Positions 11,242 to 23,493 are shown, counted from the first letter of the stretch. The stretch: 64,000 bases of DNA from Eukaryota sp. TZLM1-RC (GCA_040285825.1 JAUPSS010000009.1:124001-188000), one strand, 5' to 3'. Notes: generated from the sequence alone by a model not told the origin. A program made the numbers and translations.

Positions 11242-12987
11242 AGTTCACTAACGGCATCAATATTAACCTCAAGGATGCACCATCAATGCCTTGTTGATCA
11301 GCTCTGCAAGTGTTTTTGATCAATAAATTAATTCTTGCACAATGAAAGAGATTTAAATGCTTTACTGAATATGTTTGCAGTGATGGTAGCTTTACAAAAT
11401 GGAGGAGGTAGGGCAGTAATCCTATAGTAATCCTATAGGTTGATGAATGTATGAAAAGAGAAAATCTTCACTCGGAACATATTCGTTCACGAACTTATTT
11501 CCCTTTTCCTGTGTTCTTTAATGCTCCGCATGCCCCACAACTATGAATTTCTGATGGAACTTGAAGATATCCGTTATTTAAGAGATGTTAAAAATATTTT
11601 TTGTAATCTTCGCAGTTTTTCTGATTTATTAAAATCAAAATCAAATTGTTACTATGTTCATTGGTTTGAATTTTTTGTCATGGATGTGGTTTTTGTTTTG
11701 TTTTTGAAAGAAGCTCTTGATTTGTCTGGAGTCATCAATTTCAGTAAGTTTTCCAAAATATATTCAATAGATAATAATTTTGAAATTTTGTTCAATAGTT
11801 TTAATTCTTTCAAAAATTTAGTCAGTTATCATCATGAAATTGATTCTTTTCTGCAGCTGTTGCCAGATTGTAGTGAGGTGTAAAATATTTGTAAATATAT
11901 TTGTTTCTTTACTGTGCTTTAAACTCGAACGACAGAATTCAAATTCATGAATATATTAACCGTTTGACAGTCATCCAATAAACCTTCCACTAACTACTTG
12001 TATTTCAAGAGTTCCATATTTCAAGAACATTACTCCCAACACCAAATAAACTACAACCGTAATCCAGTTTGATATTGAACTTTATTGAGATTGCTTCCAA
12101 CGTCCTGACATACCTTACTCCATCAAATAGTGTGAGAAATTTCATTTGGGGATTTCATATGGAAACCATATAATTCATATTTAAAAACAGCAAAGAATTA
12201 TCTCCCTTTACGCTACCAAAAACGATAGAAAATGAATGCAGAGAAGGCCAAAAAACAACAGCTGATGAAGGAGAACAGTTGAGGAGATTCATCTGAATCT
12301 CAGGAAGAGGGAGTGGAGGTGAATTTGGGGGAGCGCCAGAGGAAAACGAGCAGGGGGTGGCACAGCAGAGGTGGATGGACGATCTTCAATAGACTATTGT
12401 TTAGACTCAAGAATAGCCAGTAGTGCCTCTACAAACTGTCTTTTGTTAGTTATCTCCGCTAGTCTTTTTGATGGGATTCAATGTTTTATAGTCAATGTGT
12501 GAGCGCACTGAACGAAACCTATATTCTCTATAAAAGAAAAGCCAACAGTTACACCAACATCACTGGCGCACTCAGATATAGTTCAACGAGGAGCGAAAGG
12601 TTCTTCGTCAAGAAGGGAAAGAAATGCGAAAGAAGAAACGGGTGTTGTGACTTCCCTTGGTAACATGTTTGTACTGAATAAAGGAATTAAATTGTGAAAC
12701 TTTACGAATTTATTGAATCTACAAAGACGCTTGATTAAACGAACAACTGCTTTGACTAACAACAATTTCGTCAAATTTCACAACAGTTCACTCTTTTTAG
12801 GAAAGAAAATGCTTAAATCAGGTGCCGTATCTATTATAAATTTGTCTATATATCAGTTTGTCATGTTTTGCTGTTTTGTGGATGTAGGAAGTCAAAATAA
12901 ACCAAATTTTAAAAGTAACTGAAACTCAGAAATCAATCATTTCTGATTGTCTGTGCACCTTCCGTTTTCAGTAAGGTCTATGCAGTC

Positions 12988-14317
12988 ATGTCTTCGTTCA
13001 ACACACACCATACCATGGCTCTCACTCTGTTTAACTTTTTGGTTGGTGATCCTCAAAGGTACAACACTCTTCTTTCTTCTCGAAGAGTGACCCTGAATCA
13101 AAGGAACAGTACCTACATCTTTCGTTGCGGCTTAACAATCCAAAACCACCTGGAGCAAGCCTTAGCACATACCTTTAGACGACATAGACTCACCCCCATC
13201 ACTAGTTTGAAGCCTGCTTTTGTCCCCTTTTCCATAGGGGTTCTCAACCATTTTATCTCCAAAAACACAAACAATTTTGAAAAACCCATATTTATTTTTT
13301 AGAACAAAAGCTAATGACTACACCATGTCTTCTAATGGTGATAGTGTCCGTATAACTTGCAAACCGCACCCCAAAGCAACAGGAGTGAGATTGTCTGGAG
13401 AAGCATTGGCTGATAAGAGATTCAGAGGGTAACTTGATTACTACGAAACCACTCGGAATAGAAAACATACCTTGCAAGCCAAGGTTGAACGGCTAGGACC
13501 TCGCCAGAAACCAAAAGCTACTGAGTGGCAGGCACCTGATGATGAAACGGAAATGGTGTTCTGGGCCATCGACCCCAACCACTCAAATCTATGTGGTTCC
13601 AGCATTGTAACACGTTCAGGGCCGACCGTTTCCAATATCTTCTTGGCACCAAAGCAACGAAAAATCAATCACTCCGCTTCACTGACCCACTCATCAATAG
13701 ATGTTTATGACGTGCAGAAATTGAATTATTATCTGCTTGAAATATCAACTATCGGTGACTATAAGGACTATGAAGGTAATAACGTAAGACGATCATTGCT
13801 AAAGCAGCAATTATATCTGAGTGCTCGAAAAGAATTGAGGAGAAACACAATTGACTTCTTTATAAGAAAACAGAGAAGATTCAGCTCAATTATCAAACAA
13901 AGTGAAAAAATTGCAGACGGTCGAGAAGTAAAGGTGTGGTTTGGCAATGGAGGTGGTTGTCCATCATGTCAAAATGTGAAAACACCACGTAAGGCGTTTC
14001 TCAAGTTGTTACAATGTTGATTTGCTAATGTGAAGATCGGAGATGAATATATGACATCTGCAAAGGTGAAATGCTGCAAGATGCTACACCAAAAGATCTA
14101 TCGAGAAATTGATGGTGAAGTTAAAGTTCACAACTCCTATTTCAGTTGTCCGGAATGTAATCAAGTTTGGTCTAGAGACATTTCTGCATCACTAAATCAG
14201 CTAGAAATTGCAATTAGTGAGCACTACTATGGAACAAGACCAGAAGCGTTCCAGAGACGACAAATGAAACTAGCTTCAAAGCTACGTATTGTTCTAGAGG
14301 AGAAATGGGCTCACTGA
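12988..14317 (+). pseudogene. Fanzor1 family B, disrupted
   Basis: HRLTPITSLKPAFVPF (WED-like), WAIDPN (RuvC-I), VWFGNGG, GDEYMTSAKVKCC (RuvC-II Glu), CPECNQVWSRDISASLN (Zn finger/RuvC-III), RPEAFQR. Frameshift near 13300 and an in-frame TGA at 14018-14020. Confidence 0.8.
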
Positions 14318-14519
14318 GATTGGTGACCAATTATTCGAGGATTCTAGAACGTCTGTGGACGATTTCACCAAGGATGAAAGTTCTTGGAATAAGTTTGAAT
14401 GATACTTGAAGAATGTATGCATTTCTAAATGAAAACTACAGACTCGGAACTTCCAAAAAACTCAACCTCTACATTGGTGTAAAGGACATCTATTTCATTG
14501 TTATAGACAACATCTGTGA

Positions 14520-15026
14520 ATGGAAATTCTACCTATTCCGTCCTTGGAACCGTTTTCTATCAAAAACAGCTTCTCTATTCGTATATACAACTCTTGCTTC
14601 TCTCTACCCAATCTTTTGGTGGGTTCATTTGGTAAGTGTAGACCATCACCAATTTCTGCTCTCAGTTTTTGTCGCTGTATTGTTAAATTTGCAAATTCTG
14701 AAGTCCTGCTCAATTTCTGGTTTGGCAATGACTCTGATAAATCTCATACATATGATCTGGATATACATTGTATACCAGTCACATCAAGGAGCACATTCAG
14801 TAAGTTTCAACAGAAAACTTCACCAACATTATTGCTTATTACTCATGTAGATAATTGGATAGAAGCACAAGTGACAAAACAAGAGATTGAGCAGTTGAAA
14901 GCTCAAGACGGGCTTTCTGTATTGTATATGGCCATTGGAGATGGGATCACTGATGAGGATGACTTTTTTAATAAAAGAAATGAGGTGGTTACACATGTTT
15001 TGGATGTTTTAAACCTAAATCCCTGA
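14520..15026 (+). CDS. Hypothetical protein, possibly a degenerate Rho/Ras-like fold
   Basis: DIHCIPVTSRSTFS, PTLLLITHVD and VTKQEIEQL resemble the small-GTPase C-terminal half. P-loop and DxxG are absent, and the upstream frame has TGA stops. Confidence 0.3.
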   Translation: MEILPIPSLEPFSIKNSFSIRIYNSCFSLPNLLVGSFGKCRPSPISALSFCRCIVKFANSEVLLNFWFGNDSDKSHTYDLDIHCIPVTSRSTFSKFQQKTSPTLLLITHVDNWIEAQVTKQEIEQLKAQDGLSVLYMAIGDGITDEDDFFNKRNEVVTHVLDVLNLNP

Positions 15027-15199
15027 GTTTCCTGTCCCTTTCTTGCTTCCCTTTTGGCATTTTGTTTTTAATTTTTTTATAATAGGGTTTCTTTCTTTGT
15101 AAATGTTTCTAGTTCAATTACTGCTATTGTTTTCTCTATTTAATCTTTTTTTTGAAATTATATTTTGTCAAATAATGAACAATATCAGGATTTGAATAG

Positions 15200-15525
15200 C
15201 AATCAATCATAATTTTTAGACATCAATGTCTCAAAGATTTCTGTGATCAAAACAAAATCGTTAGTTTGCTCATGATTTAAAACATTTCTTTTAATATTAC
15301 GTATAAAATAAATTGTATAACAATATAAAGCATTTTTGTTGACACATTTTTCACGTCTGTTTTGTCAAAATCAACAATAATGAAACGATTGACATGTTTT
15401 TCATAATTTAATTTTAAATTATTCTCAAAATTGGCAAACAATACTGGGGTCATATACTTGTGAGGTCTACTGAATCCATCAGTTGGAAATCGTGGAAAAA
15501 CCTAGGCCTATATCTCAAATGGTCT
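15200..15525 (-). repeat. Fragment of the family C (Fanzor-like) repeat; carries the empty site of the LTR insertion
   Basis: Aligns with 50570-50815 joined to 57702-57745, with a single TCAG in CCATCAGTTGGAAATCGTGGAAA. Confidence 0.75.
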
Positions 15526-16765
15526 CAAATTAGAAATTAGCAAACTAAAAATAAATAAACGATCTACATCAACAGAAACAATATTCAATTTTGAACTAAT
15601 GGATTGAAAACGGTACCACCTACTTTAGTAAGATTGCAGTTAACGAATTCCAGGTTGGAATTGTTCAATTCAACATGACCAGTTGAATGTGAATCCAGTA
15701 CATCAACATTAGTAAAGGTAACATCTGTATTGTTAATACCAGCAGGAGTTGTGGACAAATGACCAATCAGTCAGGAATCAGCCAAAGCAAATTCTGAATT
15801 ATTAACAGTAAAAAATTGATTTTATCATTGTCTAACAATCATTGTGAAGGCTAACAAAGCTGTCTTTGCTCATTCTTTGAATCCATTTAAACAATTGAAA
15901 ATACTCCATTGATTTAATTCCTTTATTTAAATTTTTATTAATAGATTTATTTAATATACAGTTAATTCTTCTAAAATAATAATACAAAAAACTAACTCAA
16001 TAACAACGCCGTTCCTGCAAGCCTCCACTTAGAAGCTGGAGCTCTGGTACGAGTAAAACGTCCAAACAAAAGTAGGACCCTTAATGGATGTTGAATTAAC
16101 AGGACACTCGAAAAATTCCTTGGTGGTTTGGGTTCGTTTATCCAAGGTCGTGGACTTTAAATAAAACACTGGAACTTCATCCAAAAGTACCTGAAGTTTT
16201 GATTCAGCGAGACAACCAGCTTGAACATCCCATCTTGCTCCTTATGAAAGACCATGAATATAAGTTCCTTCACGGGGAGGAAGGAGCAGTAATATCTGAG
16301 ACTTTCTTCTTTGTAACATCAGTTTAAATAGGTATAAGGTAAAAATGGATCAAAGATGAGTAAAAAACACGGACAAAAAGTACAGGGGGAGTCCTAAAGC
16401 TCGGAAAAGTAGGTAAGTGAGGGAAATAAGAACCTAGTTTATGAATTTGGCAGAGTCTAACAGAAGAGAAAAGTTCGATTGTGAAAAGGCGACGTAAAAG
16501 AGGAATGGACATATAGGAAGAGAGTGGTGGGGTTTAGTTAATAGGTCTGAAAGAATGGAATTTCCTTTCGAAAGTTTGGAATGGAGTTCAGTAAGTTCAG
16601 AACAATTCTGATCATAAGATTTTAGAAGTTCATGCATATAAGTGTAGGTTAGACTGGTGTAGGTGAGGAGGTTGGCAATGAGAACATCTTCTATGGAGGA
16701 AAGATGAGTAGAAAGAGTGTGAAGTAGAAAAATAGGGTTATAATAAGAACCAGATCCTAGTTTAT

Positions 16766-16865
16766 GAAGTGAGGGGAAAGTGTGGGAATAGTGAAAACCT
16801 CCCAAAGCCAAGTTGAGGATTGAAAACCTACCAGAACAGACAACCAGAAGTCGAAAATGGGGTGA
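16766..16865 (+). repeat. Conserved upstream (left-end/promoter) block of Fanzor family A
   Basis: About 100 bp, roughly 90% identical by eye to 23610-23708, with the internal repeat AAAACCT(C/A)CCA. Confidence 0.8.
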
Positions 16866-17590
16866 TATCCCCATTAATCAATTATTATCAAAAGAAACAT
16901 GTATTTGTTCGAATTCACCTCAACTCACTTTGCGCCATGCTCTGAATTGCTCTAAATTGATAATTTATCGTTCTTCATTACATGATGCTGTTAGAGACAC
17001 TGTTTTCAATATGGCACAAACTGCAAGGATATCGTGTATCAAAGAGCCCCTGCTGAAGGAAACACTTTCTCTGAATAATTTTGGTTCTGATGATAGAGGT
17101 GATGTATACTGTGATTGGATTGATAATTCTGAAGCTATTGTTGACTTTGTCTCATGTAATGTTGCAAATGATACTTTGGTTCAAAGAAGAAAACTTAATC
17201 CTGTGGCTGCTCTGGATTTTAAAGCAAAAGAGAAACATAGAAAATATGATAAAGATATTGAAGAGGCTAATGTCGATAGAAATACACAGCTGGTTTTTAT
17301 TGCTTTCCCATTTTCGATAAATGGAAGATTATCAGTTGAAGCAGAAACTTTTTTTGGATGACTTCCAGAAAATGGTGCAAGAAAAAACTATGAAAAGATT
17401 TGATAGTTTTTATGGCGTTCACGGATTCAATTTGCCATTATTAATAGATTACCACGGTTTTTCAATCGAATAAGAGAAGCTTTAGCTAGACAGCAAGCAG
17501 ATCAAGATTTTGTAGAGGAAATCTTGGTTCAATGATAGTCGCCCCATTAGTATTGAGTTAATTTAATTAAGTGTACAAATTCAATAAATA
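16865..17590 (+). mobile_element. 5'-truncated RLE retrotransposon family 1
   Basis: CICSNSPQLTLRHALNC (CCHC-like knuckle), HDAVRD, RGDVYC, IVDFV, KEKHRKY, then the family 3' UTR. Confidence 0.85.
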
Positions 17591-17809
17591 AGAATGAAGT
17601 TCTTTGTTCAGAATTGACAAATTTTGGGTAAACTTGTCATAACATTAAATGCTAATTGACGAGCCCAACAAGCAAGGTCAGGAGAAAGTCCTTTTCTATT
17701 AATAAAATTGCATCTCTGTGACTGTAGCCATTCATTGAGGAAAATATTGAATGAATTTCTACAAGGAACTAGAGAAGTTTCCCATGAAGAAACAAGAGAC
17801 CTGTCTTGT
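17591..17809 (-). pseudogene. Inverted N-terminal fragment of Fanzor family A
   Basis: The reverse complement aligns with 24061-24279 (about 80% by eye) and reads ..ACA AAG AAC TTC ATT.., supplying the base missing at 24265-24269. Confidence 0.85.
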
Positions 17810-18061
17810 GCTTTCAGAAAATGGTTGTGTTATCAAAAGGACGTGAAGCACTTACCAACCAGTGAATTTAATACAAGCAAACTGTCCAGTTGTTGCAAGG
17901 CCGAGAATATTCAAGCAGGCTCATGGCAGATGCGTATTTGTACTGAGTGTCAAACAGTATATGACAGAGATATTTCCGCTGCAAAGAATATTCAAATTAA
18001 GAAGAAAGCGGAATTGTGGCCTGAAAGATACATTTGCCCAGAAGCTCTGTTGAGGAGATGA
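17810..18061 (+). pseudogene. 5'-truncated Fanzor family A (RuvC-II to C-terminus)
   Basis: Nearly identical to 25453-25704 (AFRKWLCYQKD...DRDISAAKNI...EALLRR*). Confidence 0.9.
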
Positions 18062-18157
18062 GTGGGGAACCTGAGCATACAGAAACAAAAACTTTGGAAA
18101 AACTGATATTTTATTTTGAGTTTTTTATTTTATTTTTGATTTTTTTGAAAAACTTTT

Positions 18158-18380
18158 GAGACCGATCCACAAATACCTTAGTAGCATTTGGTAGATCCAC
18201 TTAGATACATGAAGTCGCGAGGCTTTGTTCTGTAAAAGCAGTAGGTGTATTTAAGTGAGGTAGCTCATTGATGAATATCATGATTGTCTTTGTCAAAAGA
18301 TGCTACATGTCTCGTACAGTCTGTGAGTAGACATTGAGAAAGTTGAAAACAGGAGTGAATTTCACAGGGAATGCATGATA
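18158..18380 (+). ncRNA. Putative Fanzor A omegaRNA scaffold, copy 2
   Basis: Conserved with 25801-26024 and has the same stem-loops. Homology ends sharply after ATGCATGATA. Confidence 0.65.
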
Positions 18381-18438
18381 TGGTAAGTCTTCTTAGTATT
18401 CATCTAAATAGCAATCACAAACCAACAAGCTCTACGAC

Positions 18439-20046
18439 ATGTTCTATCACTACAAGGCCCTCTGTCGCCTTGCTCTGACAGGAGTTGTTTTCGCTATCTT
18501 CTTGACGTTCAATCAACCCAACAATCATAATCAAGCTCTCTTCTTCCTGAAGGATTCACCCGACGAGTGTGTTCCTCCATCAAACCCAGAACACCAATGT
18601 TATTATGTCACTTCTACCGATGCATGTACTTCTATTCCAGAGTTGATCGATTATCTCAAACTCTATTATTGTCATTTAAGCACTAAGCCTTTAATTCTCA
18701 ATATAGTTTTCTTCTCTACCATATTACTGTTGTTATTCTCCCTACTGTCCGGAACTGCAGAAAAATACTTTGTCCCTGTGCTGGAACAACTTGTTGATGT
18801 CTTTAAAATGTCATCCGATCTTGCTTCTGTCACTCTACTCGCTGTTGCCAACGGTGGTCCTGATATTGCTTCCCAGATAGGTTCACTCAATTCAAATGAG
18901 GTCGCTATGGCCTTGGGATCTGTTCTCGGGGCTGGTTTGTTTGTTATTCTTATAGTACTGGGTGCTATCATTATCGTTGTCAAGCCCAAACAGAATGACG
19001 TGATCATTACAAGGATTCCGTTTTGTCGAAATGTTGGATTTTACTTACTCTCCCTTGTATTTCTTGCTTATTTGGTTTATAAACAGAAAGTTTATCTAAT
19101 TGAAGCTTTGTTTTTCCCTTCTCTTTATGGTGTCTATGTTCTAGTTGTTTTACTTTCAAACCGACGCAAGAAAAGGTCTGTCCTTCTGAATGTTCAAGAC
19201 GACGAAGATTCTGAACTTGGTTCTGTTCTCCTAGAGGAACAGTTTTCTACTCAAATCAACCATCCAAAAACCCCTCTGTTTCCCTCTTTTAAATGGGAGG
19301 ATAAGTCTTTTTTTGAAAAAATTGGTTATGTTTTGGAGTTTCCGTTGACAATATTGAGAAATATATCTATTCCAATTGTTTCATCTGAAAATCCTTCCTT
19401 GTTTCTCAATGGAATTGCACCAATTGGTTTTGTTTTCTTGGGGCCTTTTGTTGTTACTCACAGCATTTCTGTTTTCCAATCTGCGAAATTTCTTGCTATA
19501 CTGGTTCTCACTGTTGGTTTTTGCGTTTGGAGCGTTGTTGACTCTAAGCATCGTTCAATACCACGGCCTAGATCACTCTGGTGTCTCCTGGCCCTTGTTA
19601 GCTCATGTCTATGGCTCTTTGTCAGTGCTGACGAGTTGGTTTCGCTTCTCCGTTCACTGGGAATCATTCTCCATATTCCTGCTTCAGTACTAGGCTTTAC
19701 GGTTCTTGCCTTTGGTAATTCCGCTGCTGACCTTGTAGCGAATGTTTTTGTGAGTAAAAACGACATCAATCTTGGAATCGGCGCTGTGTTTTCTGGTCCT
19801 GTTCTCAATCTCCTCTTGGGGACTGGGGTGGCCATCATTCCCCTCTGTGCCAAGGAGGGCTTTGTGTTGAATGTTGATTCGTCCATTGTATTTACAGTTG
19901 TTTTTATTATTGTCTGTTGTTGTTTTATTTTGTTGCTGTTTGTATTGTTTAAATTCAAACCTCCTTTATTTGTTGGTGTGGTTCTCTTAGTATTTTATGC
20001 CGTTTATGTTTCCGTTGCAATGTTTTTAGGTCTTGATAGTTCTTGA
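18439..20046 (+). CDS. Cation/Ca2+ exchanger, CCX/NCLX-like
   Basis: N-terminal C..C.YV....C...IDYLKLYYC, alpha-1 VTLLAVANGGPD, alpha-2 TVLAFGNSAADLVAN, GPVLNLLLG. Confidence 0.9.
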   Translation: MFYHYKALCRLALTGVVFAIFLTFNQPNNHNQALFFLKDSPDECVPPSNPEHQCYYVTSTDACTSIPELIDYLKLYYCHLSTKPLILNIVFFSTILLLLFSLLSGTAEKYFVPVLEQLVDVFKMSSDLASVTLLAVANGGPDIASQIGSLNSNEVAMALGSVLGAGLFVILIVLGAIIIVVKPKQNDVIITRIPFCRNVGFYLLSLVFLAYLVYKQKVYLIEALFFPSLYGVYVLVVLLSNRRKKRSVLLNVQDDEDSELGSVLLEEQFSTQINHPKTPLFPSFKWEDKSFFEKIGYVLEFPLTILRNISIPIVSSENPSLFLNGIAPIGFVFLGPFVVTHSISVFQSAKFLAILVLTVGFCVWSVVDSKHRSIPRPRSLWCLLALVSSCLWLFVSADELVSLLRSLGIILHIPASVLGFTVLAFGNSAADLVANVFVSKNDINLGIGAVFSGPVLNLLLGTGVAIIPLCAKEGFVLNVDSSIVFTVVFIIVCCCFILLLFVLFKFKPPLFVGVVLLVFYAVYVSVAMFLGLDSS

Positions 20047-20616
20047 GCTTCAGTATTACATTTATTTAAAATTGCAACATTACTGTAAATCGTTAATTTT
20101 TCATTGTTAAAGTACTTATTCGTTGTAATTACCAAGTGTTATTTCTTTCAAATTAAATTTGTCAGAGATTATTTCTGCATTGAGACCGGCTCAGTACTGC
20201 TTATCAATGGCAGAATTAGTCAATACAGTCAAGCGTTTTTTGTTTAATGATCGTTATATTTCATACTCTATGTTACACATTTCTTTTTTGAATAAATGAG
20301 GAGACATAAAGCAATTTTCTATAAACTGTGTTACATTCACTTCGTGATCACACTCTAGTGGAGCTCTTATGGCCCCAATGATTGAAACATCTGTGAGGTA
20401 GTCATGAATGAATTGATTTGGATCAAAGAAAAATCATTATATAAATACCCTCGAAAATAAAAGACCTTCTCTACACAAAAGCCTTCTTCAAAAAGAACAG
20501 GTTTACTTTTTCCAAATCAGTCATAAAGTAGAATTCAAAGTAGTGAAAAACAGAATTGCTTCTTCAAAATAATTTACTGAGAACTAAAAAACATACAATA
20601 AAAAACAAAAGAAAAC

Positions 20617-21343
20617 TTAAATGGCAGCATAAGATCCACGACCACGAATCTTATCAATAAGAGCCTTGATTCCGCTCCAAACTCTCGAGGGCACTTCTCT
20701 CCAAAAGTCAACATTGGGAACCATTTCAACGCCAGTCATACCTTGAACAACACCCTTGTAGGTCATACCAATACCAATGTACATAATGGCACCAACACCA
20801 AGGAAATACAAGGAGGTAACAAATACTGAACGTTGTTTGCAAACCCAATCAGCATTGAGATACCTAGAATAAGAGAAGAAAACAAGCATACCAATCAAAA
20901 GTCCAAACTGTTTGTTCATCAGTAAGACATTCGGACTTGGGGAAATTGGATCCTACTTCAACTCTGTTAACACCTTCATCCATATCTCTATCACAATGGA
21001 AAGTGATACGAGTGGCGTAGTGATCACCAGATACAGTTCCACTATAGCAGCGGTCACCATTGGTGATAAGGACTGTGGGTTTTTTGTTCTTGTCCATAAA
21101 GAGTCTGTCAATTTTGCTACCAGTGTTATCAGTAGCCCAGCGAGCACCGAAGCGAGCACAAGCAAGACCATCACCTTCACACTCATCAGGGAATGGACCG
21201 TCAGCACAGGGAGTAAGCCAAAAAGATCCAACCACACTGCCTTCAGAAACTTCCAATGAGACTGTTTTCAGTTCACAGAGATCATCAACAGTGAATGCCA
21301 AAGAGGCGACAAAGAGTAGAACACAAATATAAAGCGTACGCAT
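20617..21343 (-). CDS. Mannose-6-phosphate receptor/ATG27-like type I membrane protein; exons 21343-20892, 20863-20617
   Basis: Signal peptide, MRH-like NGDRC...TRITFHC, a TM segment, and a GVEMVPNVDFWREVP...GSYAAI tail. The 28-nt intron joins the two track ORFs. Confidence 0.8.
20864..20891 (-). other. 28-nt spliceosomal intron
   Basis: GTATGCTTGTTTTCTTCTCTTATTCTAG. Removal gives WTFDWYLNADWVC. Confidence 0.85.
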
Positions 21344-21599
21344 TGGACAAGCAAGACGAATAATCTTGAAATTGCATTATTTTTTTCAAATGATTGTTAA
21401 TAAACAACCATTTGTCAATATTCGAAACTAGTAACATCATATGAGCCTCTGTAAGAGTGCTGTTTCAACATAAGATATGAATCATACATTTTCATAGAAT
21501 ACCTGCCCTGTATTACATAAACCTACACACTGTGTTACTTTGGTGGTATATAGTATAGTGATATACATGTCTATTTCGAATCTATTTCTAAAACTTCAG

Positions 21600-21990
21600 T
21601 AACAAAACCGTGGACTATCAAATGTTTTGAGATTCAGGAGTTATGGATGGTGTGGTTGATCGCAGGATATGAGTAAATATTTATATATTTCCCTAAATAA
21701 CAAATTCTGAAAAGGAAAAATTTGAGATGTTTTCAAGATCTAAATCTGAAAGAACAATAGGTTCCTGTTCAAAACTTGCTAAAGGATAAGATTGTTGATT
21801 TCGAATTTCATCGAAATTGCCTAAATAAAAACCTAAAAATCGAAGACCTGATTCATAATAGTTGATACAAGGAACATTTAGATCATCAATAACAAGTTCA
21901 GCAGGGTCTCTACCAATCAGCATACATTTGGAAATATTTAAAGAAAGACCAGTTTGGTATTTGCGATGTTGAACAACTTTAGAAATTTCA
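21600..21990 (-). mobile_element. Degenerate RT/thumb fragment of RLE retrotransposon family 2
   Basis: GLSLNISKC and LRFLGFYLG (RT motifs 6-7), homologous to 34960-35200. Confidence 0.65.
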
Positions 21991-22038
21991 ATCAATCATT
22001 TGGACAAATTAATGAAATGTCATCCATATAAGCTGTAA

Positions 22039-22171
22039 TGTCAAATAGTATATGACAGAGATTTTTCCGCTGCAAAAAATATTCGAATTAAGAAGAAAGC
22101 GGAATTGTGACCAGAAAAAAACATTAGCCCAGACGCTCTGTTGAAGAGATGAATGTGTAACTTGAGCAAAC
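22039..22171 (+). pseudogene. Third Fanzor A C-terminal remnant
   Basis: TGTCAAATAGTATATGACAGAGATTTTTCCGCTGCAAA...CTCTGTTGAAGAGATGA matches 25591-25704. Confidence 0.85.
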
Positions 22172-23186
22172 TTTTTTTTTAAAAAAACTGGAATATTTAT
22201 TGAGATAAAAATAACCATCTAGAATTCAATATCCTCCAAACAAGCGTCACTATTACTGAACCTACTCACAGCATTACGTTCATATTCTACACCGATAGCT
22301 AAAAGTGCCTTTGAAATCATTGTAGGGATAGACTTGAAAATGCAAAAAACAATTCTATTTAACCAGAAAGTGGAGTTCATTGTTTTACCAGACCTATTCA
22401 GTAACACTGTTTTAAAATTTTCCAAAAAGTGCAACCCTGAAGGTCCAATATTGCCAAAAAGAGAAATTGCAAACGGCACAAACTGATATTTCACATGTTC
22501 CACTCTACCTAACTGTGCCAAAGGTTCTTCATATTTTTTTATCTTCTTTTTTTCGGCGTTAGATAACGGCGAATCAGCGGAATACACTAAACGAGCAGCA
22601 GAATTTTTGCAAACATCAACTGAGACAACATCTACAACATTGAGAACACCATCGATCCCTGGAGCTACTAAATCTGCCCTGCTTTTACCAAAGGAATCAT
22701 CAGTTTGATCTGAAGACAGCTTACGTACTAGTGGCTCAATAAATGCCTCTATATTGAAACTTTTGCACATGGCATATAATTGATCACGAACTGAGTCATG
22801 AACAATTGAGCGATAAGTTATAAAATACTTACAGTTTAAAATATGGGAAAGCGTAACAACACTCTTGCAGCGATAAATTAAATCATTTGGTAATGAACAA
22901 GGCCATAGAAAACATCTCATTCTCATTGCAGTGGTCCATTGGTGATCATTAAGTAGAAGGCCATAAATGTTGGGAATTTGGGAGATTAGGCAACTTGAAC
23001 AACTGTCTTCAAGATCAATCAAAAAGTTTGCAAAAACTGGATTTTTTTCCTTAGCCAAGCTAAGACGTACAATATAATCCAAGTTTTCTAAAACTTTCAA
23101 GATTTTCTTCTGCAATTTTGCAAAAGTCAGTGGTAAGGAGAGCAAGCTTCTTGAAGGAAGTTCCACAATATCAGAGGGGAAACATT
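22172..23186 (-). mobile_element. 5'-truncated RLE retrotransposon family 2 with A-rich tail
   Basis: AMRMR, HILNC..HDSVRD, RADLV..VVDV..KKKIKKY. T9 run at 22172-22180. Near-identical to 35361-36375. Confidence 0.88.
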
Positions 23187-23493
23187 TATTTACATTTTGG
23201 TTAAGTTGTGATATGTGCGCATCATGAGAGTGTAGAGACGACAGAGCAAGGGAAAGAGAGGACTGTAGTTGAGATTCAATTGAGGTAAGTTCTGCATTGA
23301 TATCATGGCGAAGGTCATTGAGATCAGAACGAAGCGAGAACGCATTTGAAACCTTCTGGAGTGTGTCTGGAGCGAAAAATACATCACTTACTTGTGGAAG
23401 AGGAAGATTATGTGATTTGCAGTAGTTTTGATAAGTAGTGATTGTGTGTTTAAGCTGAATCACCTTGGTTTGTAAAGAATTGAGTTTAGACAT
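23187..23493 (-). CDS. Divergent coiled-coil ORF head-to-head with Fanzor A, 3'-truncated by the RLE insertion
   Basis: The first ~102 aa of track ORF 22219-23493 (MSKLNSLQTK...QLNQNVNK) are unrelated to the RLE. A compositionally similar ORF lies left of the other copy of the upstream block (16434-16765). Confidence 0.4.

Noticed and set aside
12690-12785. Imperfect inverted repeat upstream of Fanzor B
   Set aside because: Short degenerate arms, single copy, no TSD; no function can be assigned.
14018-14020. TGA as selenocysteine or an alternative genetic code
   Set aside because: The same element has other lesions, and host genes (9427, 20046) end in ordinary TAG/TGA stops.
15990-16320. 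Possible LTR integrase tail plus polypurine tract
   Set aside because: Similarity is too weak to support without a search.
16813-17361. 182-aa ORF as a single gene
   Set aside because: Chimera of the Fanzor upstream block and an RLE fragment.
17708-17809. N-terminus of the 117-aa mini-Fanzor ORF
   Set aside because: It is the antisense reading of an inverted Fanzor fragment.
22219-23493. 424-aa coiled-coil/endonuclease fusion ORF as a domesticated gene
   Set aside because: The C-terminal part is nearly identical to the RLE copy at 35361-36375, and the junction at 23186 is a truncation point. A chance in-frame fusion is more likely, though expression was not testable.
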